A DNA stretch of 64,000 bases, from IMG/VR virus record IMGVR_UViG_3300042482_000679, one strand, 5' to 3'. This DNA is from a virus. A model generated the notes under the pieces. That model was given only the letters and a program-made list of their open reading frames with translations. It searched no databases and had not been told where the DNA came from. Within the stretch, counting starts at the first letter, position 1. Each line of letters begins with the position of its first letter. Shown here piece by piece: positions 1 to 8,739 of the stretch. The position numbers and the translations under genes were made by a program.

Positions 1-785
1 CTTGAAGATGAGCTACCTCCAAAAGATTCAGTGGCTTCTTCATCATTACTATAAACGTAACCACCTTTTTCAGAATCCCAACGTGGAACTTCACCTCGAG
101 CAATCGCTTCCAAATATTCTACAGGTTTCTTAGAATATGCGTCTCTCCAAGTCAATTCATCTTCCAACCACTCTTTCATAACTTTTTTGTCTTCGTGAAT
201 CGGACAAGGGTCGTCATACATAATAGTTGAAACTGCGGTGTAGAAAGCACCTTTAGGAGTTTTTTGTTTGGTCAACTCAATGACAAGGTCACGTCCTTTT
301 TCAGGGTCGGTGATGTCACCTTTGTTTCTCCAAATTGGAATAATTTTATCAAGGATACCGTCTTGTTTGTAGTTGTGTTTGAATCTCCAAAACTTAACAC
401 CGTCTTCAGGGTGGTCACGGTCAATAACTTTAACTACGTAGAACTTACGTGAGCGATATTGGTCCGCTAATTTCTTATCAGACTCTTTACCTGTTGAGAT
501 TAGTTCTTCGTAAACCTCAGTAAGTGGTGAACGTTCATTATCGTTCTTTCCTGGGTCATAGAACTTTTGCCATTTACCACCAACTTGAACTTCGTGGTAC
601 CAAGCTTCTTTGAATGGTGAACTTCCATCACCTGTGGGTAGAATACGGACTCTACGCTGTCCTGAATTTGATTTTTCATCTAGGAGAAGTGTGAAATACT
701 TTTTCAATCTTTCCTCTGAACTCATTCCTCCTCCACCGGATTTGGATTGTTCGTACTGTGCTAATACTGCGTCAAGTGAACTCAT
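1..785 (-). CDS. T4 gp32-like single-stranded DNA-binding protein (3' end runs off the window)
   Basis: Absent from the ORF track. Hand translation from ATG 785 gives MSSLDAVLAQYEQSK...RVRILPTGDGSSPFKEAWYHEV...RKFYVVKVIDRDHPEDGVKFWRF...GDITDPEKGRDLVIE. The RILP, GVKFW and DITDP..GRD pattern is typical of phage gp32-like SSBs. Confidence 0.8.
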   Translation of the reverse strand, partial: MSSLDAVLAQYEQSKSGGGGMSSEERLKKYFTLLLDEKSNSGQRRVRILPTGDGSSPFKEAWYHEVQVGGKWQKFYDPGKNDNERSPLTEVYEELISTGKESDKKLADQYRSRKFYVVKVIDRDHPEDGVKFWRFKHNYKQDGILDKIIPIWRNKGDITDPEKGRDLVIELTKQKTPKGAFYTAVSTIMYDDPCPIHEDKKVMKEWLEDELTWRDAYSKKPVEYLEAIARGEVPRWDSEKGGYVYSNDEEATESFGGSSSS

Positions 786-814
786 AAAAATTAAATGTTA
801 AAAAATTAGTGTTA

Positions 815-846
815 CAAATATAGGGTTTAAAAAATTACTAGTCAAA
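815..846 (-). promoter_or_regulatory. Putative host-sigma promoter for SSB
   Basis: Minus strand TTTGACT-AGTAATTTTTTAAACCC-TATATTTG fits TTGACT-N17-TATATT and also the Bacteroidota TTTG-N20-TAnnTTTG consensus. A second TTGACT-N16-TACATT lies at about 880-907. Confidence 0.6.
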
Positions 847-878
847 TAAAATAAAAAGGGTCGTGTTACCACAACCCT
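845..878 (-). terminator. Rho-independent terminator ending the tail operon
   Basis: Minus strand AGGGTTGTG-GTAA-CACGACCCT hairpin followed by TTTTATTTTATT. Confidence 0.7.
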
Positions 879-910
879 AAATGTAATCAAGAAATCATAA
901 AAGTCAAAAG

Positions 911-1570
911 TTATCTACTCTTAAATCCTCTAAATTCGTCTTCTTCGTCGTCATCAAATGTCTTCTTTATTTCAGCCGGATTTACATCTTCAACTTCATC
1001 CGATGTTAGAATATATTCGTGTTTACCTGATTTTTCAAAGTCTTCTTTCTTATCGTCAAAAAAATCTGATAGTTTTTGATTAAATGGTCCTGAATCTAAA
1101 CTTCTTAGTTGTAATTTTTCTTGCGGTGTCTTTTCTCTGTATTTTTCAATTTTCGTTTCAATACTATTAAGTTTTTCTACTAAACCGTCCATTTCACTTA
1201 ATTTTGTTTCTAAATTTTGGATGTATCCAAAAAGTTGTTCAAAATACTTATCTTGCTTAGAATCTATTTTTTCAGTAGTTTTAACAATATCAGTAACGTC
1301 TATCTCCTCAGTGTTTGAATCACCCTCAGCAGATTCTCCCTCATCATCAATCTTTGTAACCTCATCATCAGTTGCAACATCTATTTTTTCAGGAGTTACA
1401 GGGGCCGCCTCAGGAGCTGCAGCATCCGCAGGTGCCGGTGGTAATGCCGCCGCATCAAGAGCTGGTTCACCTGCCGCTTCAGGAGCAACAGGTAGTTCCT
1501 GTTCTGTGATATAATTGTTTATACTATGATATCTTTGTATTTCTTTTAGAATCTTTTTGTCAATACTCAT
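911..1570 (-). CDS. Hypothetical acidic coiled-coil protein with Ala/Pro-rich linker (possible internal virion protein)
   Basis: 219-aa ORF at the end of the structural operon; N-terminal ...YITEQE motif. Confidence 0.6.
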   Translation of the reverse strand: MSIDKKILKEIQRYHSINNYITEQELPVAPEAAGEPALDAAALPPAPADAAAPEAAPVTPEKIDVATDDEVTKIDDEGESAEGDSNTEEIDVTDIVKTTEKIDSKQDKYFEQLFGYIQNLETKLSEMDGLVEKLNSIETKIEKYREKTPQEKLQLRSLDSGPFNQKLSDFFDDKKEDFEKSGKHEYILTSDEVEDVNPAEIKKTFDDDEEDEFRGFKSR

Positions 1571-1574
1571 TTTC

Positions 1575-1799
1575 TTAACCGTTTAAAAGTTGTTTTATAC
1601 CGTGTGGAGTCTCTACTCTAACTCTTCTGTTAGCAGTGACATCGTGTCCTGCTCTTTCAATAAGGCCATCTCTTTCTCTAACGATATAACAATCGCCAGT
1701 GTCTAAGTCACAAACTTGCTTGGTTCCGTCACCATTATCCTTTGATGACATTCTTACATTTTTACCAAGATACTGATTTAACATATTATTTAGGTCCAT
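1575..1799 (-). CDS. Small hypothetical protein (CDLDTGDC motif)
   Basis: ORF track 76 aa; ATG 1799 preferred; TATTTATA motif at 1813-1820 upstream. Confidence 0.6.
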   Translation of the reverse strand: MDLNNMLNQYLGKNVRMSSKDNGDGTKQVCDLDTGDCYIVRERDGLIERAGHDVTANRRVRVETPHGIKQLLNG

Positions 1800-1840
1800 A
1801 ACCAATTTTTCTTATAAATATCTATAAAATTCAAATAATT

Positions 1841-4800
1841 TTATTGTGGGGTCGTACTAGGGGTTGGGCTTGGAGTACAAGTAGGTGGAATGTTGTTTAT
1901 TATATTTTGATTGTTAGCTGTTGGTGTAGGTGTTGGTGTGATTTTAAACACAGGTATTGTACTAACAAGTCCAAGATTCTTCGCCAACCTATTACCTTCA
2001 ATTAAGTTGAATGACAACTGTGTATCTGAGGTTAAATCAGTTCCTCTATTTGCTGGCCAGTTTTGTAGATAGAAAGTTTCAATAGATTTGTTTTGAATAT
2101 CCCCGACTCTATTTATCAATCTATCTCTCATAAATAACATAAATTCTACAGGGTCAACAAAATTAGCAACAGGATATGAAAGTGGTAATCCATTTAGATT
2201 TTCAATATCCATACAAGAATATGTTGGTTCAAAATAAGTTCTTAACTCACCATAATTATAATCTAAAGTAATTCTTCCAAAGTTATTGTTTAAACCAATG
2301 AAGTTTTTACTGTCTTTGTTACCACTTGCAGCCCAAGATATTAAGAATATTATAAATCTTAAGTTTTGATATCTTTCAATCTCAATAGCATCTGTAGACG
2401 TTGTACTAACATTTTGAATTAACAAGTCATAGAATTGTTTTGCCGTTAACTTAGTTTGAGTTCCACTTACTGATGTATATCCAGCTTGTTTATAAGGTGT
2501 TTCCAATACTTTTGAGTCACAAGAATTTTGTGCGGATTGTTGTGTATTAGAATTTGTTGACACGTTTGCATTATTACCTTGGGTAGTTGTCGCATTGGTT
2601 CCCTTATCATCATCTTTCCTTTGAGTAACAGCGGTTATCAATTTACCAACCAAATTTTGATTAATACTTTGTAATAAGTTTTCTGTGTATGGATACGACA
2701 ACACACTTTGTCTAACACCCGTAAATTTGGTTTCAAACTGACCAGGTGTAATAGTGTGCGTAACATCAGTAATTAAGTAAGAACCATTAAACATCGGTAC
2801 GTGTCTAAGGTTGAAATACATTGTTGGTTGAATCATCGCATTACCTAAACCAACCACATCACATTGATATGACCTGTTCTGATAAATGTTATACAACGAG
2901 TTGTTTTGTGTTGCGGTATCTCTACCAGATGCTGCGTTGGCCATATTATTTATGGTCCACACAGATTCAGCGGTCGCCTTACCGTTATCTTGTGACACTG
3001 AAAAAGAATAAAATATATTTTGGTTTCTAACCCCAATGTCTACCGTAAATCCAACACATCTATTAGATAACGCCCAATCTGTTTTATTTGTTTGGTTTTC
3101 AACATTTGGGTTACCAACAGGATTTCTTAAGTCAAAAGTGTCGGTTCTAAATAAATAATTGTTAACACTCTTATCTGTAGTATCAATATACGATGATGGT
3201 CTATTGGCATAGAAACAAACTAATTTTGGTCCTGACCTTCTGTAGTCAACAGTTAGGTAAGTTCCCCACATTTCATTAGCAAAATCAATCGTGCTTGGTA
3301 TATTAGGTACCGCGTTTAAAGTAGGTTCTTGTACATTATAAAAGTTAACATACGCAGGCATTGGCATTATCGTAAAGTGATTATCGGTCAAAATACCTGC
3401 TAAAAATACAAACACACCCATATTAAGGTTGATTGTGTCTTCACTGATAATTTGTTTTAACTTGAAAATATCCACAACAACCTTATCTCCAATATTTCTT
3501 GACGCTCTGTCAAGGAACAACATATCTTCAAATAAGGTGTATCGTTTGTAATCAGTACCCGCAATCCACTTATCATTCAATGCTTTGAATGCTTCATATA
3601 AATCTACTTTAGCTTGTTTTGAATCAAACTTACTCTGTATTGTTTTTTCAGGTAATTCACTAATTTCGGGTAATCCCTTTCTTACATTTATTAGTGTGTT
3701 ATCTAAACCAACGTTTTTAAATGCGTTATATGTGTTCAAATATCCTTGGAGTTGACCTGTAAATTCAGTGATAGTTAAATTTGGATTTTCAAGTCTTTGG
3801 GTGGCATACATTCTAATAACTTGTGATAACTCTGTAATATTTGCAGACGTAAAGTTAATATTAGACTGAACAAAAAAGTCGGTTATGTAAGAACCATTAT
3901 TATCGTAAATAAGTTCAGGTATTGTTGAAAACCCAACTTCAAGTTGTAGTGTTCTCCACGCGTCAGGGTTTGACGCTATAGAGTTCTGCAAACTAACCGT
4001 ACCACCATTGGTTGGCAAATTGTTCTGATATGGTCCAAATTGTAACGGATTGATTACTTGAGATGTATTAGTAATATATCCGATATATGAGTCCACCGCT
4101 CTTCTGTTGTAACGAGTCGGGTTACCCATTCTCAATACAACGTCATATTCCATAATGTTTTGGATTTGAGCAATCGAATTACTGAATTGACTCTGTATTA
4201 TTGTTTCAAATAAATCTTCAGATGTGGCGCTACTTAATGGTATTTGAACACTCATCAATGAACGCATCATCTTTTGGAAGTTTCTGTATGTTGTTTCCAA
4301 ATCAGAAAACTGTTCAAATCCACCACCTACTGAAAGTGACGCACCAGGGTCAATTACATTAGAATTTTCCTCATTGATATTAAAATTTGTTAACGCTTTA
4401 CTGAAGTTTAAAAATTCATTTTCTAATATGTCCAATATTTGTTTGTCAAATACTGAGAACACATCATCAATTTTTGAATATTCATTCGTCTGAATCAACT
4501 CAAATGGGACATTACCAAATAGATTGTTTTCATCAAACATATAACTTCCTGTACCAGGTCGATATATTGTTTGGTTATCGTAATAACCGTAATTTGGTAA
4601 ACTCCAAAATGCTCTAACCGAACCGTTAAATAACGCTTCATTATTATACAACTCTTGTGTTAATAATCCTGTAGTACTAAAACAAGCGTTGTTCACTTGG
4701 TTCATTTGTGACCCAAACGATGGTATTACATAATATTGATATGTTGGAGTTGTTGGTGGTTCATCACAAACAACTGTATTTGGAACTGATGGTGTAATAC

Positions 4801-7800
4801 TATCAGGTAATAAAACACTATATGTTTTAATATCAATAACCCTTGTTTGTAAATCCTTGGTTGTATTTTTATTAATATTTGATTCTGAAAGGTTTTGAAT
4901 CTTTAAACCATTTTTAATGGACTCATTAATTTCACCATCAGTATATGCAGTATACAAGTCTTGAGAGTTGTAAAAGTAATTGAACTCATTAATCAATTTA
5001 GGGTAGAACCCTACCTGCATTGTGGTGTATTTAACATTATTGTCAACCGTTTCTGTTTGTAATGTTATTTTACCAACACCATTTAATGTATAAGTCTTGG
5101 CGGTGTTTTGATTAATAGGGTCGTAGTTTTGTTTGTAATCAAAATTACCCCAACATCCACCTAAAATATCCTGATTGGTTTGTACTTGTGTTTTATATCT
5201 ATGCCAAATCGCACCATATTTTAATACCCAAACATATGGAACCTTGTGTAACGCACCAAACTTTTTGAAACTTGCAAAAATATAATCTAAAGGTGTTGTC
5301 ACACCAGCAAGATTTGTTTTATATCTGTCCTTAAATGTTGCGAGTGGTAGTGAGTTTAAGAATAAAAACGCTGCCGCGACATAAGGATATTGTTCTTTAT
5401 TCTTTTCTTTAGCAACACCCTCCAATATTGCGTTAACAAAATAAGGTGTGTTCAACATAGAGGTTGTTGTTCTTACGGGTAAACCTGTTGTTGGGTAATC
5501 AACATAACCTTCTGTCGGTAACAAAGTTGCTGGTTGTCTTGTTATGTAAAACGTATTAACATTTGTTGTTAGTGCCGGTATTGCAGTGTTTAGATAGTTA
5601 AAGTTTGTTACAGGTCTGTTTGTATTATAATCATCAATACCCGTAAAATTTGAAATTATATTTTTTGGTTCGTAAACTTTATATGTGTTTGATGTGTTGT
5701 TTGCAACGTCAACCGAACCACCTAAAATATACTGACTTAAATTTTTAATGTTCCAATCCTGATTTGTAAACGGGAAAGTATCTACAATTTGTATTGGGTT
5801 TGTGCTAGTACTCTTTAAGAATTGTTGTAATTGTGGCGTTTGTGGTAATGAAACAAAAGAGTTTGAAACAGTATTTGACAAGTATTTTGTACTAAGAATT
5901 GAAAACGGGTTCTGAGTATAATTCTTAAGATATGGTGTAATATAAATGTCTTGTATAAATTCACCCCAAAATAAACCAGTTCCTTGGTTTGAAAACGCTT
6001 CTAATGTTTGGGTAAAATTATTAGCAGTAAAAGGATATTCTTTTAACTTTTGAGTTAAGTATGGATTACTCAATCCTAAAGATTCTATAATGTTAGTACC
6101 TTCCGTAATACCAATAATGTCACCAACAAAAGTTTTAGACGTATTGTCATTTGTAACTCTACCAAATCCTGTATAAAATTGGTATATTAATTGTCTCTCA
6201 TATATTTCATAAAAATATTTTAACTCTTCTTTATTAAGATAAGCTAACCCAATATTAGGGAATTCTAAAGCATTTAGATTTAATCTTTTTACTGTTGCAG
6301 CATCATTGTCTGCGGGAGGTTGTGAAATTGGTGGGTCATTTCTTTGCGCAGTACCTTTTAAATATTCTTCAACAAATTCGACCTCAGGCCATTTGTCGTA
6401 AAGATACCCTTTTGATTGATTTACAAACGCAATATCACCAGGATATGTTAATGTATATCTTGGTTGGTCATCGGTACCGTTATTTTCAACAAAAACTTGT
6501 GGCCAAGGGTATACAGGTTGTTGGGAATTATCTATAAATTCTTGACTAGCGTTTGCTGTTAACGGAACGTAGTTGACATCATCAGGACTTTTTATAGAAG
6601 TACTATTGTTATTTAAAACAACATTTTTTCTCACAGGGTCTTGTCTAACAGAATATGCCTGAATATGAACATCATCCATCAATCTGATAAACGCCTCTGT
6701 TGATGCCATAATCACCGCACTAATATTTCTAACTGTAGGTCTAAATCCAATTCCAGTATCAGCTCTTTCTACTTTATCAGCCAATTCAGCACTTAATTTG
6801 GTTTCCAATTCAGTAACTTTAGCGTCAATTTGAGATTCCATACTTTTTATTATGGTGTCAAATCTATTGGCACCAACAAAAACATAAAAGTTTTTCTTAA
6901 CTTCTTTCAATCCTTCGGGTGTCGCCTCTACCACTACACTAAAATATTGTTCAGCACTTTTTACAATAAATGCACTAATTTCTTCAGGTGTTGGGTATTT
7001 TATCGAGGTTCTGTCTATAAATGTTTTTTCCCAATCAATATTATCCAATTGAAAGTTTTCAATATAAATCGAAGGAGTTATTGGGTTTGGTATCTTAAAG
7101 TTTTGTTTTGCTTCAGCACCAAACGTACCGTTTTGTGCCAACTTAGTATTGTATGTTTGTGTAATAGCACTTAACTCACTTTGAGCGGTAACTCTTTGTG
7201 ATTGTGTTAGATTCTTTTTGAAGACATAAGCATACTGACCATCCTTTAAAACAAATGGTTTTGGGTCCAAAAATGTTGTAAACCAAGAATTTTTGGCGTC
7301 TCTGACACTTTTATAATATTGGTTAAGTGTTTTTTTATAAGATGTCGCATCCGTAATCGGCTGCATATCAACTTTCCTATATGAATTAATAATGTTCTGT
7401 TCAAATTGTTGTAATTTGTAACCTAATTCCATTATTGTTAGTTCAGGAAAATTCTTATCAATTAAACCTTTGGCTTTGTATTCAGAGTAAACTTCGTGCA
7501 TTTTTTGTCTACCCCTCTCATTAACTCGAGTAACACTCAGGTTGTTTTGAGATTGAGCATTTGACGGAATATTCTGACCCGCATTGTTCGCCGAATTATC
7601 ATCTGCAGACTCTGTTTCAACAATAGAGTTTGTGTATGTAAATGTTTTAGAATACATATGGGGTAATGCAATCAAATGCCCCATCTGAATTTCATTTAAA
7701 ATGTTATATTTGTATCCGTAAAATTTACAACTAACTTGGTAGTTACCACTCATTGTATTAAATCTCGCCTCAAATGTGTGTAGATTTAATTGGTATCTAA

Positions 7801-8425
7801 CCGCCTGTCCATAGTAACCCTTAAGTGTTAAATAAAATGGTGGATATGGTAAATGAAAGAAGGCTGCATATGGTGACTGTTCTCCTTGTTCAAATAATGC
7901 TTTACCTCTAACATCTTCAAATTCAATCGATACTTCAGGTATAAAAGATGTTTTGGTGATTACCGAAATACTTGTAATACCTAACAACCCGGGGTCTATA
8001 GTCCTACCATTCTTGTCCGTAACTGTTGAACCTCGGTAAACTTTTCTCCCATACTCTTCTACAACCTCTTCAGACCTTTGGAGTCTTGCTTTACCTTGAT
8101 TTGAATTTAAACCTGTTAAATCATCGTAGTAACCCGTATTCATAAACTGGTCACTGTTTGGTTTTAAAAAGTTAATAGATGCAATGGATATTGTTTCGGT
8201 TTGTGTCGTTGGGGATGCCCCTACGTTTAACCTTGTTCTTGGTAGTAGTTCACACTCTAAGTTGGCATACATTACCAAATTTTCGTGGTCAACTAATCTT
8301 TCTTCAATTACTGTTTGACCGTTTACACCACCACGCACAACTTTGTTAGGGTCAACAACAATGATATTGTCAAATGACTCTGCATAAATACTACCTGAAT
8401 TATCCCCAAAAGAATTACCTGCCAT
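1841..8425 (-). CDS. Very large baseplate hub protein (gp27/GpD-like) with large insertions
   Basis: 2194 aa. The segment SYQCDVVGLGNAMIQPTMYFNL..PMFNGSYLITDVTHTITPGQFETKFTG resembles the C-terminal hub/GpD strand pattern. Lies next to the gp53-like gene. Confidence 0.6.
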   Translation of the reverse strand: MAGNSFGDNSGSIYAESFDNIIVVDPNKVVRGGVNGQTVIEERLVDHENLVMYANLECELLPRTRLNVGASPTTQTETISIASINFLKPNSDQFMNTGYYDDLTGLNSNQGKARLQRSEEVVEEYGRKVYRGSTVTDKNGRTIDPGLLGITSISVITKTSFIPEVSIEFEDVRGKALFEQGEQSPYAAFFHLPYPPFYLTLKGYYGQAVRYQLNLHTFEARFNTMSGNYQVSCKFYGYKYNILNEIQMGHLIALPHMYSKTFTYTNSIVETESADDNSANNAGQNIPSNAQSQNNLSVTRVNERGRQKMHEVYSEYKAKGLIDKNFPELTIMELGYKLQQFEQNIINSYRKVDMQPITDATSYKKTLNQYYKSVRDAKNSWFTTFLDPKPFVLKDGQYAYVFKKNLTQSQRVTAQSELSAITQTYNTKLAQNGTFGAEAKQNFKIPNPITPSIYIENFQLDNIDWEKTFIDRTSIKYPTPEEISAFIVKSAEQYFSVVVEATPEGLKEVKKNFYVFVGANRFDTIIKSMESQIDAKVTELETKLSAELADKVERADTGIGFRPTVRNISAVIMASTEAFIRLMDDVHIQAYSVRQDPVRKNVVLNNNSTSIKSPDDVNYVPLTANASQEFIDNSQQPVYPWPQVFVENNGTDDQPRYTLTYPGDIAFVNQSKGYLYDKWPEVEFVEEYLKGTAQRNDPPISQPPADNDAATVKRLNLNALEFPNIGLAYLNKEELKYFYEIYERQLIYQFYTGFGRVTNDNTSKTFVGDIIGITEGTNIIESLGLSNPYLTQKLKEYPFTANNFTQTLEAFSNQGTGLFWGEFIQDIYITPYLKNYTQNPFSILSTKYLSNTVSNSFVSLPQTPQLQQFLKSTSTNPIQIVDTFPFTNQDWNIKNLSQYILGGSVDVANNTSNTYKVYEPKNIISNFTGIDDYNTNRPVTNFNYLNTAIPALTTNVNTFYITRQPATLLPTEGYVDYPTTGLPVRTTTSMLNTPYFVNAILEGVAKEKNKEQYPYVAAAFLFLNSLPLATFKDRYKTNLAGVTTPLDYIFASFKKFGALHKVPYVWVLKYGAIWHRYKTQVQTNQDILGGCWGNFDYKQNYDPINQNTAKTYTLNGVGKITLQTETVDNNVKYTTMQVGFYPKLINEFNYFYNSQDLYTAYTDGEINESIKNGLKIQNLSESNINKNTTKDLQTRVIDIKTYSVLLPDSITPSVPNTVVCDEPPTTPTYQYYVIPSFGSQMNQVNNACFSTTGLLTQELYNNEALFNGSVRAFWSLPNYGYYDNQTIYRPGTGSYMFDENNLFGNVPFELIQTNEYSKIDDVFSVFDKQILDILENEFLNFSKALTNFNINEENSNVIDPGASLSVGGGFEQFSDLETTYRNFQKMMRSLMSVQIPLSSATSEDLFETIIQSQFSNSIAQIQNIMEYDVVLRMGNPTRYNRRAVDSYIGYITNTSQVINPLQFGPYQNNLPTNGGTVSLQNSIASNPDAWRTLQLEVGFSTIPELIYDNNGSYITDFFVQSNINFTSANITELSQVIRMYATQRLENPNLTITEFTGQLQGYLNTYNAFKNVGLDNTLINVRKGLPEISELPEKTIQSKFDSKQAKVDLYEAFKALNDKWIAGTDYKRYTLFEDMLFLDRASRNIGDKVVVDIFKLKQIISEDTINLNMGVFVFLAGILTDNHFTIMPMPAYVNFYNVQEPTLNAVPNIPSTIDFANEMWGTYLTVDYRRSGPKLVCFYANRPSSYIDTTDKSVNNYLFRTDTFDLRNPVGNPNVENQTNKTDWALSNRCVGFTVDIGVRNQNIFYSFSVSQDNGKATAESVWTINNMANAASGRDTATQNNSLYNIYQNRSYQCDVVGLGNAMIQPTMYFNLRHVPMFNGSYLITDVTHTITPGQFETKFTGVRQSVLSYPYTENLLQSINQNLVGKLITAVTQRKDDDKGTNATTTQGNNANVSTNSNTQQSAQNSCDSKVLETPYKQAGYTSVSGTQTKLTAKQFYDLLIQNVSTTSTDAIEIERYQNLRFIIFLISWAASGNKDSKNFIGLNNNFGRITLDYNYGELRTYFEPTYSCMDIENLNGLPLSYPVANFVDPVEFMLFMRDRLINRVGDIQNKSIETFYLQNWPANRGTDLTSDTQLSFNLIEGNRLAKNLGLVSTIPVFKITPTPTPTANNQNIINNIPPTCTPSPTPSTTPQ

Positions 8426-8738
8426 AATAATAGAAATACGTGTCTACTGCGGATTTATAATCTTGTAAAGATGTTATCAAAGGATATGGGACAGTTAATA
8501 TTGCGCCATCAAATATGTTATTTTCTAAACCACCAAATTGAGGATTGGCTTGTAATATTAACCAACCAAAGAATGGGGTTCCATAATATTCCTGAGAGAC
8601 CTTATCAAGTCTACTTCTTCCAACTTTATAAATGTATACTTTATCGGATGGTTTTGGTGAAATATTGACAAAGGGAACAACTGTTTGTTGTCCGTTTATC
8701 AAAAATTGGTTATATCTATTATAATACTGAAGTGCCAT
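8415..8738 (-). CDS. Baseplate wedge gp53/tail-X (LysM-like) protein
   Basis: RLDKVSQEYYGTPFFGWLILQANP motif characteristic of gp53/gpX LysM-like proteins. Confidence 0.75.
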   Translation of the reverse strand: MALQYYNRYNQFLINGQQTVVPFVNISPKPSDKVYIYKVGRSRLDKVSQEYYGTPFFGWLILQANPQFGGLENNIFDGAILTVPYPLITSLQDYKSAVDTYFYYYGR

Positions 8739-8739
8739 T

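Noticed and set aside
264-801. Plus-strand ORFs 264..452 and 610..801
   Set aside because: They lie antisense to the gp32-like SSB reading frame.
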